Counted from the first letter of the stretch, positions 9,813 through 20,427 are shown. The stretch is DNA of 64,000 nt from an uncultured Planctomycetaceae bacterium (GCA_963833985.1 CAWIAD010000001.1:928001-992000); one strand, 5' to 3'. Notes: a model not told the origin generated them from the letters alone. A program made the numbers and translations.

Positions 9813-10648
9813 GATGAGAGCTCGCTGTGAATGGATTCGCCGATGGGGTTCGTGCTTGCCTGCTGTAGCGCCGAATCGATTGAGTCATCCATCTCGAGGT
9901 TGGCTTGCGGACTTCCGCCCGCCGTACCGTAGAGGCGTTCGATCTCCTCGGGGCCAAGCGCGCCGGGAGAGAGATTGAAGACCAGTATCCCCCGTTTCAA
10001 TCCCAGGACGCGGTCGGCGATGGCCGTGGCCAGTGGAACGTTGTGCAGGTTGCAGAGCAGGGTCGTGCCACGCTCGCGGCAGATCGACTGCAAGAGCGCG
10101 AGGATCTCGCGTCCCGTCACCGGGTCGAGGTTCGAGATCGGTTCGTCCGCCAGCAACACCTCGGGGTCATGGGCCAGGGCCCGGGCGATACCGACGCGCT
10201 GCTTCTGACCGCCGGAGAGCTCGTCGACCCGGGCGTGCCGCTTCTCGCCAAGCCCAACCGAGATGATCGCTTCGGTGGCCAGTTGATGATCCTGCTTCGA
10301 GAAGAGCAAATTCCAGGGCGCCTTCTCCGCCAGCCGCCCGATCAGCACGTTCCGCAGTACCGAGGCGCTTCCCACGAGCTGGTACGATTGAAAGATGAAG
10401 CCGACTCGCCGCCGGACCGCGGCCAGGTGCTTCCGCTCGACGCTCATGCCGTCGATGCGGATTGTTCCGGAGGTGGGCCGGAGCAGGCCGTTGATGCACC
10501 GCAGCAGGGTGGACTTGCCGGCGCCGCTGGGGCCCAGGACGCAGGCGATTTCGCCCCGGGCTAGCTCAAAGCTCACGCCTTGAAGAACCCGATCGCCACC
10601 GAAGTCCTTGGTCAGGTGGGCGATGCTGATCATCGGTGGTTTCGGCAT
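9809..10648 (-). CDS. phnC: Phosphonate/phosphite ABC transporter ATP-binding protein (PhnC/PtxA)
   Basis: GPSGAGKST; LSGGQKQRVGIARAL; LADEPISNLDP; CNLH; ATGA overlap with phnD. Confidence 0.92.
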   Translation of the reverse strand: MPKPPMISIAHLTKDFGGDRVLQGVSFELARGEIACVLGPSGAGKSTLLRCINGLLRPTSGTIRIDGMSVERKHLAAVRRRVGFIFQSYQLVGSASVLRNVLIGRLAEKAPWNLLFSKQDHQLATEAIISVGLGEKRHARVDELSGGQKQRVGIARALAHDPEVLLADEPISNLDPVTGREILALLQSICRERGTTLLCNLHNVPLATAIADRVLGLKRGILVFNLSPGALGPEEIERLYGTAGGSPQANLEMDDSIDSALQQASTNPIGESIHSELSS

Positions 10649-10806
10649 GGTCGTGGCGGAGGGTTGCGGCGGATCCCGGCTTCAAGTCTATCAGATTGCC
10701 GCACACCGACGCGATGCAACGCAGCGAGGATCACTCGCCCGGTAGCTGGTACAATGAGCCAAAAGAGGCTCACCCTGACCATTTTCGACTGGAGAAACTC
10801 TTCGCG

Positions 10807-11786
10807 ATGAAAGCCATCGTGATCACGGGAGTCGGCGGCCCCGAAGTGCTCGCGCTGCACGAGGTTCCCACTCCTGAGCCCGCGGGCGACCAGGTCCGCG
10901 TACGGGTGCGCGCGTGCGGGTTGAACCGGGCCGACCTGTTGCAGGCAAAGGGACACTACCCTGCGCCCGCGGGCGTTCCGCAAGACATCCCGGGGCTCGA
11001 GTACGCCGGCGAGGTTGACGCGCTGGGACCGGGCGTCACCGGGCCGCTTCGCGTGGGAGACCGGGTCTTCGGCATCGTGGCCGGGGCGCCCAGGCCGAGT
11101 ACCTCGTGACGCACGAGCGGATGGCGGTGCCCATTCCAGAAGCGCTCGACTTCGAGTTGGCGGCCGCGGTGCCCGAGGCGTTCATTACCGCGCACGACGC
11201 CTTGCTCACGCTGGGGCGACTTGGGCCGGGTGAGAGGGTGCTGATCCAGGCAGTCGGCAGCGGTGTGGGAACCGCCGCGTCACAGATTGCCCACGCCATG
11301 GGCTGCACGGTCTTCGGCACGTCGCGAACCGACTCGAAGCTGGCACTCGCGAGGTCGCTGGGCGTGGACGTCGGCATCAACAGTGCAAAGCATGATTTCG
11401 CCGAGGTAGTGCGGCAGCAGACCGGTCATGGCGTTCAGGTGGTTCTCGACCTCGTGGGCGCCGAGGCCTTTGAGGGGAACCTCAAGGCGCTTGCCCCCCG
11501 GGGAAGGCTGGTCGTGGTCGGCCTCCTGAGCGGCCGCAAGGTGTCGCTCGACCTGGGGATGCTTTTGAGCCAGCGGGTCACCATGATTGGCACGACCCTG
11601 CGGGCACGACCGCTCGAGGAGAAGATCATGGCCACGACCCTGTTCGCCAGGCAGGTGGTGCCCTGGCTGGAGCGCGGGATGGTCCGCCCGGTCGTCGATG
11701 CGGTGATCCCCTGGGAAAACACGAACGAGGCATTCGGCCGGATGCAGTCGAACCAGACCTTCGGCAAGGTCATTCTCCAGCTCTGA
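10807..11786 (+). CDS. NAD(P)H:quinone oxidoreductase (PIG3/zeta-crystallin, MDR family); frameshift near 11085
   Basis: GGPEVL, GLNRADLLQAKGHYP, PGLEYAGEV; restoring one G in the G run gives VAGGAQAEYLVTHE, continuing to AAAVPEAFITA...GKVIL. Confidence 0.88.
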
Positions 11787-12549
11787 CACCCAGGCCCGGA
11801 CCGGGCGCTTCGCCGCCATGATAGGCCGCCGGTCCGGCGGCACCGGCACCGTTGGGTGACGCCCCGCTGCCCGCGAGTGCTCCGTCTTCAAGAGCCACCT
11901 GTCCGTCCTGGATCTCCAGCACCAGGTCCTCGGGCGTGATGAAGCGACGGTCGTGAGTGACGATCACCAGGGTGGTCTGATAGGTCTGCTGCAAGCCGCG
12001 GAGGATCTTGTAGATCTCGTCACCGGTCTTCGAATCGAGTTCGCCGGTCGGTTCGTCGGCGAGCACGAGGAGCGGTTGCTTGATCAGGGCCCGGGCAATG
12101 GCCACGCGCTGCTGCTCGCCGCCGGAAAGCTGGTAGGGCCGGTGTTCCAGCCGGTCGCCCAGCCCCACGTGGGTGAGCAGCTCGGTGGCGCGCGCACGCT
12201 GTTCGGCCGTGACGCCGCGCGGCAAGAACGGCACCAGCACGTTTTCCAGGGCCGAGAGGTTGCTGATCAGGTTGAAGGACTGGAAGATGAAGCCGACCTG
12301 CTCACGGCGATAGACGTTCTGCATGGTCTCGGACATGGCGACGAGGCTCTGGCCGTTCACCCGGATCTCGCCGCGGGATGGCCGGTCGAGCGCCCCCAGC
12401 AGGTAAAGCAGGGTGCTCTTTCCCGACCCGCTTGGCCCCACGATGAAGGCGAACCGGCCGCGGTCGATGTGACAGTTGATTCCCCGTAGCGCCTCCACCT
12501 GACGGGTGCCGCTCCGGTAGGACTTCCAGACATTCACCACTTCAATCAT
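11770..12549 (-). CDS. ABC transporter ATP-binding protein (LolD/MacB-type)
   Basis: [43 protein letters not shown]. Confidence 0.92.
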   Translation of the reverse strand: MIEVVNVWKSYRSGTRQVEALRGINCHIDRGRFAFIVGPSGSGKSTLLYLLGALDRPSRGEIRVNGQSLVAMSETMQNVYRREQVGFIFQSFNLISNLSALENVLVPFLPRGVTAEQRARATELLTHVGLGDRLEHRPYQLSGGEQQRVAIARALIKQPLLVLADEPTGELDSKTGDEIYKILRGLQQTYQTTLVIVTHDRRFITPEDLVLEIQDGQVALEDGALAGSGASPNGAGAAGPAAYHGGEAPGPGLGVRAGE

Positions 12550-12558
12550 CGGGTGGCC

Positions 12559-13779
12559 TCAATGTGATCCGAGCCGGATAGCGTCCATGGGAACCAGCCG
12601 CGCGGCCCGCCAGGCGGGGTAGAGCCCGCCCAGCGTGCCCATGACCACGCTCAGGCCGATTCCCAGGCCCAGGAGCGGAGGATCAACCCCCAGGTGCACG
12701 CCTCCGCTGATAAACTGGTTCGCAATCGACGTACCCAGCAGCGCCAGCATGCAGCCGACGACCCCGGCCATGAGCCCGAGGAAGGCGCTCTCCAGGGTGA
12801 CCAGGGTCAGGATGTTGGCCTCCGACCAGCCGTTGGTCCGGAGCACGCCGAACTCGACGAACCGCTCGGTGGTGCTCATGAGCATGGTGTTGATGATGCC
12901 GATGATCCCGACGAGCAGCGCCAGGCTGACGGTCATCATGAGCAGCTTGTCCACCTGCCCCATGAGCGAGCCGAAGTTCGCCTTGACCTCGTTCATGCTG
13001 CGGGCGTCGACCCCCGGATAGGTCTTCTCGATGGCCGCGGAGAGGACGTCGTACTGGCGCGGGTTCCTGGCCTCGACGTAGATGCTGGAGATCGAGTCCC
13101 TGGCGAAGTTCAGGGCCTTCCGCGCCGTTTCGATATCCATGACGATCACCACGTCCAGCAGCAGCGATCCGGTCTCATAGAGACCGATGATCGTGTAGTC
13201 CTGGTCCACGATCCGCAGCGTGTCGCCCAGCACCCGCGGCTCCCCGTTCGCCTTGGGAAAATCGCGGGCGATCTTGCGGCTGATGACGATGTTTGGCTTT
13301 CCGACGTCCTCCATGGTCAGGAAGCGGCCCTCGCCCTTCTCCTTGAGCGCCCGCAGAAAGACGGCGCTGTTGAGGTTCATGTGCGAGGCAACGTCCTGGC
13401 CGCAAACCACGAGCTGGTCGAAGATCGACGCCGCGATTCCCTTTCCGGAGGTCAGGCCACGGGCGAACATCCCCCGGCCCTCGATGCTGGGAGCGACTTG
13501 CCAGACCTCAGGCGCTGCGGCCCGCACCTCCGGCAGCTTGCGGAGGTCATCGGCCAGGCTGGCGGGGAGGGTGCTGAAGACCGGGCTGGGGACATTCTCG
13601 CGGATGACCATCACGCCCTCGATCTGGCTGAGCGTGTCGCCCACCAGGTCGCGCAACCCGTTGGAGACGCTGAAAAGGCCCATCACGCCGAGGATCGGCA
13701 CCGACAGCCCGATCAACGCCAGGGCAGTGCGGAGCGGCCGGGTCAAAAGGTTACGCCAGGCAAAAGAACCCACGGGCAA
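12559..13779 (-). CDS. ABC transporter permease (FtsX/MacB-like)
   Basis: AWRNL..RPLRT; GIINTMLMSTTERFVEFGVLRTNGW; GGLYPAWRAARLVPMDAIR. Confidence 0.9.
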   Translation of the reverse strand: MPVGSFAWRNLLTRPLRTALALIGLSVPILGVMGLFSVSNGLRDLVGDTLSQIEGVMVIRENVPSPVFSTLPASLADDLRKLPEVRAAAPEVWQVAPSIEGRGMFARGLTSGKGIAASIFDQLVVCGQDVASHMNLNSAVFLRALKEKGEGRFLTMEDVGKPNIVISRKIARDFPKANGEPRVLGDTLRIVDQDYTIIGLYETGSLLLDVVIVMDIETARKALNFARDSISSIYVEARNPRQYDVLSAAIEKTYPGVDARSMNEVKANFGSLMGQVDKLLMMTVSLALLVGIIGIINTMLMSTTERFVEFGVLRTNGWSEANILTLVTLESAFLGLMAGVVGCMLALLGTSIANQFISGGVHLGVDPPLLGLGIGLSVVMGTLGGLYPAWRAARLVPMDAIRLGSH

Positions 13780-14179
13780 CGGACTCCATGCAGGTTTGAA
13801 TCGCAGCAGCCGTCCCGTCGGGCACGGCTGGCCGCAATGACCCGGAACCGCTACCTGGGACCGTCACAGGGTCCCGGCCTCGTGTGAGAGCCGGCAAGTT
13901 CGGGGCAATGCGAGGATGGCGCCGGGAAAAGTTGAGCAAGCGAACCAGATGGATCGAGGACCTTCCGAAGCCGGTTCCGACACTTGCATATCCCTCGCAA
14001 GCCCGGGCGGGCGTCCCGAAGTCAGAAGCAGTTCGCGGAGTGGAACTGCCCGGCAAGGTCCGCGATCAGCATTCACATCTATCATAGTCAAGCGGACAAG
14101 CTTGAGGCAAAGTCCGGGTCCGAGCTCAGGCCGCTCTTCCGCATCTTGACCCGGTTCCAGAATTTCGCAGAGACGCAGC

Positions 14180-17100
14180 CTACGATGCCTCGGTCGTACC
14201 CGGGTTGTCTTCGGCGGACGGCGCGGGCTCCTGAGCGAGGGGTTCCTCGGGCGCGGCGAACTGCTGTGGAGCTGAGGTTCCTGCCGGTGGGGCCTCAACC
14301 CCTGGCTCCATGGGCCGGGCGCTGCTCTGCCCCGGCGCGGGCTCCCCGGCCTCATCCTCGGGTGTCTCGACGCGTGCTTCCCAGAGTTGCTTGAGCTGTC
14401 CGAACGTCCGCAGCGGAACGCTCCCCGAGAGTGCCTCCTTGGAGAGGGGGGGAGGAGGCGGGCTGGGGCGCGACGGGCGCGATGGCATGCGCGGGCCGGA
14501 GGGCCGGTCCATACGGCCTGGCCCCGGACGCGCGCCGGGCATCGACGGGCCACTGCGCGGCCCGCCGCGGCCGGAGCCGGGAGGACCGGGGAAACCGCCG
14601 CCCGGCCGGCCGCCCCCGGGGAGTGGACCGTGGCTGGCAGGAGCCTCGCCGGGACCGGGATGTCCGGGCCCGCCGCCTGGGCCTCCGCGCTCGCGTTCGG
14701 CTCGGCGCGACGGATCAGGCAGAGCCGTGATCGGCGGCGCACCGACCGGAGGCGACGTGAGAGCAGAGCCGCTTGGCCGCGGGGGACGGGGGCGGTCGCG
14801 GCGGGCTTGCCCCGGCTGCCCCTGGCCCTCGCGCTGTTCCCCGCCGCCGGGCCCACGGCGCGGGCCCCCATGCGAGCCTCCGCGCTGCCGTTCGGTCCCG
14901 GGCTTGACCATCGTCAGCGAGACGCGCTTCCGCTCCTGGTCCACGCCCATCACCCAGACCGTCACCACGTCCCCCACGCTGACAACGTCGTGAGGCGTTT
15001 TGATGTAACGGTTCGCAAGCTGGCTGATATGAACAAGCCCCGAATCCTTCAGCCCGATGTCCACGAACGCCCCGAAGTCCACCACGTTGAGCACCGTACC
15101 CTTGAGCTCCATTCCGGGTACAAGGTCCTCGAGCTTGAGGATGCCCTTCTTGAAGATCGGCTTGGGCAGATCGTCACGCGGGTCGCGCTCCGGGCGCCTG
15201 AGAGCCTCGAAGATGTCCCTCAGGGTGAACTCGCCCACCTGGAGTTCCCTGGCCAGTTCGACCGGATCGGCCGCCTCCAGCTGGTGGTGCAGCTCGGGTA
15301 GCTCCTGCTTGCTGCGGACGACATCCGGGCTCTTGCCGAACCGCTCCAGCAACTGGGTGGCAAGCGCGTAGCTTTCGGGATGGATCCAGGTACGGTCCAG
15401 GGGCTGGGCGCCCTCGGGTATCTTCAAAAAGCCGGCAGCCTGGGTGAATGTTGCCGGGCCAACTCCGTCAACCTCCATGAGCTGCTCGCGGCCGGCGAAC
15501 GAACCTGTTTCCTTGCGATGGTCGACGATCCGCCGGGCCGTCAGTTGATTGAGCCCGGAGACGTGCCGCAGCAGGGGGACGCTGGCGGTGTTGAGATCGA
15601 CACCGACAAAATTGACGCAGCTGGAGATCACCGCCTCGAGTGTTTCTTTGAGGTGCTTGGGGTTGACGTCATGCTGGTACAGCCCGACGCCGATGTTCTG
15701 CGGCTCGATCTTGACCAGCTCGGCCAGCGGGTCCTGGAGCCTGCGGCCGATCGAGATCGCGCTGCGGAGCGTGGCGTCGAACTCGGGAAGCTCTTCCCTG
15801 CCCACCTGGCTGGTCGAATAAACGCTGGCCCCGGCCTCGTTGACGATCACGTAAGCCATCTGCGCGAGCAGCGTGTCGGCGCCGTGTGGCGCGGGCGGCG
15901 TCTGCGGGGGCGGAGGCGAAGACGAAGGTCTGGAGCGTGACCCTCGAGAGCGGCCATGGTCGTGCTTTCCGGACCCTCCGCGGCGCGGCTCTTGCGCTGG
16001 CCTCGTCTCGGACGCCGGTGAGGCAGCAGGAGTCTCGCTTTCCGACGGTGCGGGCTCCGACGACCGTGGCTCGGACGCCGCGGACCCGGATGGCGCAGCC
16101 TCGGTCTCAGACGGCTCCGCCATGGCATCCAGGGCCGGCTGCTCCAGCCCGGACACCTCGCCCGAGGCCTCCGCGGCAGGAGCCAGCGCGGGGGGCTCCG
16201 GCGCTGGCGAAGTGTCCGGAACGGTTGGCTCATGCGCGGCCGGTGCGGCATCTTCTCCCGGGGCGCTGGCCGACGTCGGATCCGCCGCGTCCTGGTGCTC
16301 GGATGCGGGCACGGGGTGCGACTCGCCGTCGGCCGGACCAGCCTTGTCCGCACTCTCTTCGGGATGGGCGTGCGGGGCTGGCGCCGCGGCCATGTCACCC
16401 TGGGACGAGATGAGATGCGATTCGGAACCCGATTCCGTCTCGGTCTCGGGAGATGCCGATTCCGGAGCGCCGCCGGCGATGGGCGGCAGGGATTCCTCGT
16501 GGACCGACAGCAACGCTTGCGGCTGCGGATCCGCGCTGGCCGGCTCGTGCTCCGCGGATTCCAGTGTCTCGGGCGGAGGCACGTCGTGGTGATCCGGCTC
16601 CGCTTGCAACGCCGGTGCGTCGTCCTGGTTCAGAGTGCTCGACTCCGGGGCGTCGAGGGAAGAGTCCTGGCTGCGTGGACCCGCCGGATCGTGCGGTTGA
16701 GCGTCTGGCGGCGCGGCCGCTCCAGCGTCGGCCGGCGCGCGCAGTTCGGCAGCGGGCGCGCTGGCCGATGTGTCGTTGTGTTCAGGGACCTGCGGCTCAG
16801 CAGGCTCCGCAGCAGTGGTTGGAGTGCCGCCTGGCGCATTTTCCGGGCCTGTGGCAGCCGCGTCCTCCGGGGTGCCGGACTGGGCGGATGTCCCGTTCAC
16901 CGCGCTCGCGCCCTCGACTTCGATGGGTGTCGCGCCCGCCTCGGTGAACTGCACCCCCTCGGCGATGATCTCGGCGATCAGTTCCTCGGTCTCCCGGCAA
17001 GCCGTGCCGTTGCCGATCGCCACCACGCCGACCCTGTGCTTGCCCACGAGGTCCTTGAGAAAGACCTTGGTTTCGGAACGCCGGTTCTGGGGCGCGTGCG

Positions 17101-18157
17101 GATAGACCACGCCATGATCGAGCAGATTGCCGTTCGGATCAAGGACGGCCACCTTGCAGCCCGAGCGCAGACCGGGGTCGATGGCCAGCACCACCTGCTT
17201 GGGGATCGGCGGCTGCAAGAGCAAGCTGCGCAGGTTTCGAGCGAAGACTTCGACGGCATGTTTCTCGGCCGCGTCGGTGAGGTCGCGGCGGACCTCACGC
17301 TCCATGCTCGGCAGGATCAGGCGATCCAGTGCGTCGAGTGCCGCCCCGCGGAACAGCTCCGCCTGGGGATGGCCCTCCAGCGGAAGCTGCTGAAAGTAGG
17401 CGGCCTCCAGGTCCCCGCGGGGAAGGTCAAGCTTGATCTTCAGCGGCCCTTCTTTCTCGCCTCGGTTGATCGCCAGGACACGATGGGGAGGGACCTGGGA
17501 AAGGGGCTCGGTGTACTCGAAGTAATCGCGGTATTCGAGGCCCTGGCCGTCTGGCACGTCTCCCTTGGTAGTGGCGATCTTGGCCGTCTTCCAGACGATC
17601 TTGCGCACGGCGTCGCGCACCGCGGCCATCTCGCTGATGGCCTCGGAAAGGATGTGGCCGACGCCCTCGAGCACCTTCTCCGCGGTCTCGAGGCCCTTCT
17701 CGGCGCTGACGAATTCCTGGGCCGCGGCCATCGGGTCAGTCAGGGTCTCGTCACGGTTCCAGATCCGCACGGCGAGCGGCTCGAGCCCCTTCTCCCTGGC
17801 ATCGGAGGCCTTGGTGCGCTTCTTGGGCTTGAATGGGAGATAGAGGTCTTCCAGCCGCTTGGGATTGTCCGCCGAGCGAATGGCCGCGGCGAGCTCGGGG
17901 CTAAGCTTGCCCTGCGCCTCGATGGCCTTGAGGATCGTCTCCTTGCGCTCGGCCAGTTCCCGAAGCCGGTGCACGCGAAGCTGGATCTCGCGGATCACGA
18001 CCTCATTCAGGTTCCCGGTTCGTTCCTTGCGATACCGGGTGATGAATGGGACCGTGTTACCTTCGTCCAGCAACTGGACGACACTCTCGACCTGAACACG
18101 CCGAATTTGCAGGTCCTGCGCAACTCGGCCCAGGTCAACCGGAATCGGGTTGTCCAT
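14180..18157 (-). CDS. tex: Tex-family RNA-binding transcriptional accessory protein with a ~350-aa disordered insertion and Gly/Pro/Arg-rich tail
   Basis: LLDEGNTVPFITRYRKERTG; LEDLYLPFKPK; AIDPGLRSGCK; IGNGTACRETE; VNEAGASVYS; RRLQDPLAELVKI; S1 domain FGAFVDIGLKDSGLVHISQL. Confidence 0.95.
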   Translation of the reverse strand: MDNPIPVDLGRVAQDLQIRRVQVESVVQLLDEGNTVPFITRYRKERTGNLNEVVIREIQLRVHRLRELAERKETILKAIEAQGKLSPELAAAIRSADNPKRLEDLYLPFKPKKRTKASDAREKGLEPLAVRIWNRDETLTDPMAAAQEFVSAEKGLETAEKVLEGVGHILSEAISEMAAVRDAVRKIVWKTAKIATTKGDVPDGQGLEYRDYFEYTEPLSQVPPHRVLAINRGEKEGPLKIKLDLPRGDLEAAYFQQLPLEGHPQAELFRGAALDALDRLILPSMEREVRRDLTDAAEKHAVEVFARNLRSLLLQPPIPKQVVLAIDPGLRSGCKVAVLDPNGNLLDHGVVYPHAPQNRRSETKVFLKDLVGKHRVGVVAIGNGTACRETEELIAEIIAEGVQFTEAGATPIEVEGASAVNGTSAQSGTPEDAAATGPENAPGGTPTTAAEPAEPQVPEHNDTSASAPAAELRAPADAGAAAPPDAQPHDPAGPRSQDSSLDAPESSTLNQDDAPALQAEPDHHDVPPPETLESAEHEPASADPQPQALLSVHEESLPPIAGGAPESASPETETESGSESHLISSQGDMAAAPAPHAHPEESADKAGPADGESHPVPASEHQDAADPTSASAPGEDAAPAAHEPTVPDTSPAPEPPALAPAAEASGEVSGLEQPALDAMAEPSETEAAPSGSAASEPRSSEPAPSESETPAASPASETRPAQEPRRGGSGKHDHGRSRGSRSRPSSSPPPPQTPPAPHGADTLLAQMAYVIVNEAGASVYSTSQVGREELPEFDATLRSAISIGRRLQDPLAELVKIEPQNIGVGLYQHDVNPKHLKETLEAVISSCVNFVGVDLNTASVPLLRHVSGLNQLTARRIVDHRKETGSFAGREQLMEVDGVGPATFTQAAGFLKIPEGAQPLDRTWIHPESYALATQLLERFGKSPDVVRSKQELPELHHQLEAADPVELARELQVGEFTLRDIFEALRRPERDPRDDLPKPIFKKGILKLEDLVPGMELKGTVLNVVDFGAFVDIGLKDSGLVHISQLANRYIKTPHDVVSVGDVVTVWVMGVDQERKRVSLTMVKPGTERQRGGSHGGPRRGPGGGEQREGQGQPGQARRDRPRPPRPSGSALTSPPVGAPPITALPDPSRRAERERGGPGGGPGHPGPGEAPASHGPLPGGGRPGGGFPGPPGSGRGGPRSGPSMPGARPGPGRMDRPSGPRMPSRPSRPSPPPPPLSKEALSGSVPLRTFGQLKQLWEARVETPEDEAGEPAPGQSSARPMEPGVEAPPAGTSAPQQFAAPEEPLAQEPAPSAEDNPGTTEAS

Positions 18158-18297
18158 CGAGACTTAACTCTAAACCAGGTGTGACAGCGACGAGTGGCGG
18201 ATCCGCTGGCGATCGGCCGATCCCCGCCGCAAAGGCGGCTCGCTCGCGAATTAAACCGAGCGCACGATGACGCCTTGGTCTTTGTACAAGTTGGCTC

Positions 18298-18326
18298 AAT
18301 CTAAAGCATCAACACCCCTGTGTCAA
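18298..18326 (-). promoter_or_regulatory. Sigma70-type promoter for tex
   Basis: Minus strand TTGACA-N17-TAGATT, about 140 nt upstream of the tex ATG. Confidence 0.65.
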
Positions 18327-18675
18327 GCACCAGTCGGCGCCGACTTTCGTTCCCAACTTCCATCTTCATCGTATCTTGTGGCTGGTATGCCAGGAAAATC
18401 CAGGAAAATGCGCCCCCGGCCCACAGCCCCTTCGCGCCTTCGCTTCCCCGGGACCGCTCGATGGAACATCTCGCCCGGTCTTTCGCAAAAGCAGATCTCA
18501 ATTTCGTGGATCGGCCTGGCTGCATTCCGGTGCGTCGCGGCAGGCCTGCCCCGCGGCACGGCTGCGCCGCGGGGTCGCCATGCAAGCCAACCTTGTCCAG
18601 CGGCACCCTCACGTCAGCCGCAAAGCTGCCGGCAACCGCTCGAAACGGGGCGCCACCCGCGGCGCGGAGCTGGCA

Positions 18676-19251
18676 TCAACCACCCTTGCCCCAGTTGAAA
18701 TAGAAGGGAAAGGGGTACGGTCCGGGGCCTGGAGAAACCGGGTCGAAGTCGTAAATCGGCACGTAGCTGCCCATGCAGTAGTACATTCCGACAGGACGAA
18801 AGAAGTTGAACTCGCCTTGCAGGAAGCGCAGCGGACGCGGCCATGGAAGCGCGGAGCGGTCCACCTTGACTGAACCGGGAGCGCCATAGAAGAACGGATA
18901 GACGCTTTCGGTGGCGCGTGACTTCCAGCCCAGGCCGTAAAGGCCCTGGTCCTTGACTCCATCGGGGTGCTTCACCAGTCCGCGGTCGGCATAGCGCATG
19001 TTGTAAAAATTGTCACGAAGCTGATCGTGCGGGAGTGTCTCCGGAGCGCCCACGTAGCGCATGATGAGGCCGCTCCGCTCCTTCAGGTCAGTGATCCGGG
19101 GCTGGGGGTACTGTGCACGCGCAGAGCCGCAGCTCAGCAGCAGTGCCAGTCCTGCGGCAGCCCAGAACGCGGGGGATGACGGGACTGTCCCCGACCCGGG
19201 TGATGGGCCCGGGATCGGTTCCGGGCCACGCTGTCGTCGGTATCCTGGCAT
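18676..19251 (-). CDS. Secreted hypothetical protein rich in Tyr, Pro and Gly
   Basis: ATG at 19251 with AGGAG upstream; signal-like segment AAAGLALLLSCGSARA; co-oriented with two neighbours. Confidence 0.6.
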   Translation of the reverse strand: MPGYRRQRGPEPIPGPSPGSGTVPSSPAFWAAAGLALLLSCGSARAQYPQPRITDLKERSGLIMRYVGAPETLPHDQLRDNFYNMRYADRGLVKHPDGVKDQGLYGLGWKSRATESVYPFFYGAPGSVKVDRSALPWPRPLRFLQGEFNFFRPVGMYYCMGSYVPIYDFDPVSPGPGPYPFPFYFNWGKGG

Positions 19252-19377
19252 CGGTCGATACTCCTGTCCTGCGGGGCCTCGGCCATCCTGGCCGCACTGA
19301 CTTGGAAGCAACAAGCTCAGGCCCGCGCCATGCGCCCGGGCCTGAGACCTGGACAACCCCTGTAACCCCATAGATCG

Positions 19378-20427
19378 TCAAGGATCGTTAGGATTCATTG
19401 GCGGGAAGGCAAAAAATTCCCGGGGCGAGCGTGTCACCACGATGTAGGGGACGTAGCCAGGGGTCAGGGGGACGGGACCACCAGGCCCCACGAAGTAATC
19501 AAAATCCTTGCGGTGCATCAGTCCGAGCAGCGAGCCCATGAGGCGGCCGTGACCCAGACCCTTCATGCAATGCTCGCAACCCTTGCCCCCGCAGAACCCG
19601 CACGACTTGCCGCCATGCCCCAGTCCGTGATGGAACAAGCCGCACCCTCCGCAGGCACCGCACATTCCATTTCCATGGCCATGGCCAAGCCCGCCGCACG
19701 CGTTGCAGGGATCACCCATACCGGCTCCGCCGCAAGCACCGCAGCCCGATCCGTGGCAAAGCCGGCAAAGGAAATGGCCCGGGTGCGAATGCCGCCCCGC
19801 GATATTGCAGCCGGGATCACCGCAGAGACTCTGGCCCGATGCGGCCACGACTGGCGCAGTCGGTTGAACCTGGCTGGTGGCGGCCACGGTTGACGCATGA
19901 CAGGGGGCAAAGTGCTTCTTGTGCCCCGGGTCCGCAACAAGGCTCGAGCCGGCGTTGCACCCGGCCAGCTCGGCGCTGGTGCCGCAGCCGGCTCCCATTC
20001 CGCACGAGCCGAGAGCGCCGTCGCCATGGTGATGAAAGAGGCCGCGGCCAGCGCAAAAGCCGCAATTGCCGCTGCTGCCGCCGTGTCCGCAGCCGTGACC
20101 CAGGCCGCAATCGGTACCGTTATTGTGCCCGCAATGCAGCCCGTTCTTGCACTTCTCACAGCACTGGTGGAAGAGCCCCAGCGCCTGGGAACCCAGTCCG
20201 TTCATGCAGCCAATGGCTTTACCCAGATCGTCCTTGGCATAGTGGCCATAGGGGATCGGGGGAGCATAATACTCGCCCCCGGTTGTGAAGTCATAGGCCG
20301 GCACTTCGCGGGGAATCGTGTTCTGCAAGCGCCATCCGTCTGCCCGCACCGAGCTCACCAGTCCTGATGCCAGCACGACGGTCATCGAGAGTGCGAGCGG
20401 TATCCCTCGCAAGTTTCCGAATCGCAT
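19378..20427 (-). CDS. Secreted Cys/His/Gly-rich protein with six CxxCxGxG motifs
   Basis: Signal peptide ending VRA; 28 Cys counted; CGFCAGRG, CRLCHGSG, CGACGGAG, CNACGGLG, CGACGGCG, CGFCGGKG. Confidence 0.7.
   Translation of the reverse strand: MRFGNLRGIPLALSMTVVLASGLVSSVRADGWRLQNTIPREVPAYDFTTGGEYYAPPIPYGHYAKDDLGKAIGCMNGLGSQALGLFHQCCEKCKNGLHCGHNNGTDCGLGHGCGHGGSSGNCGFCAGRGLFHHHGDGALGSCGMGAGCGTSAELAGCNAGSSLVADPGHKKHFAPCHASTVAATSQVQPTAPVVAASGQSLCGDPGCNIAGRHSHPGHFLCRLCHGSGCGACGGAGMGDPCNACGGLGHGHGNGMCGACGGCGLFHHGLGHGGKSCGFCGGKGCEHCMKGLGHGRLMGSLLGLMHRKDFDYFVGPGGPVPLTPGYVPYIVVTRSPREFFAFPPMNPNDP

Noticed and set aside
10807..11786. Oxidoreductase as a possible ptxD
   Set aside because: It is an MDR/zeta-crystallin protein, not a D-2-hydroxyacid dehydrogenase family member like PtxD.
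16232..18184. 650-aa plus-strand ORF, and similar long ORFs at 21690, 23338, 55881, 59150 and 60884
   Set aside because: Antisense shadows of well-supported genes in high-GC DNA.
18575..18670. CGCAAAGC...CCGG segment resembling part of a c-di-GMP-I riboswitch
   Set aside because: The GGCAAACC...GAAA...GG stem is missing in the required order, and no plus-strand gene lies downstream.
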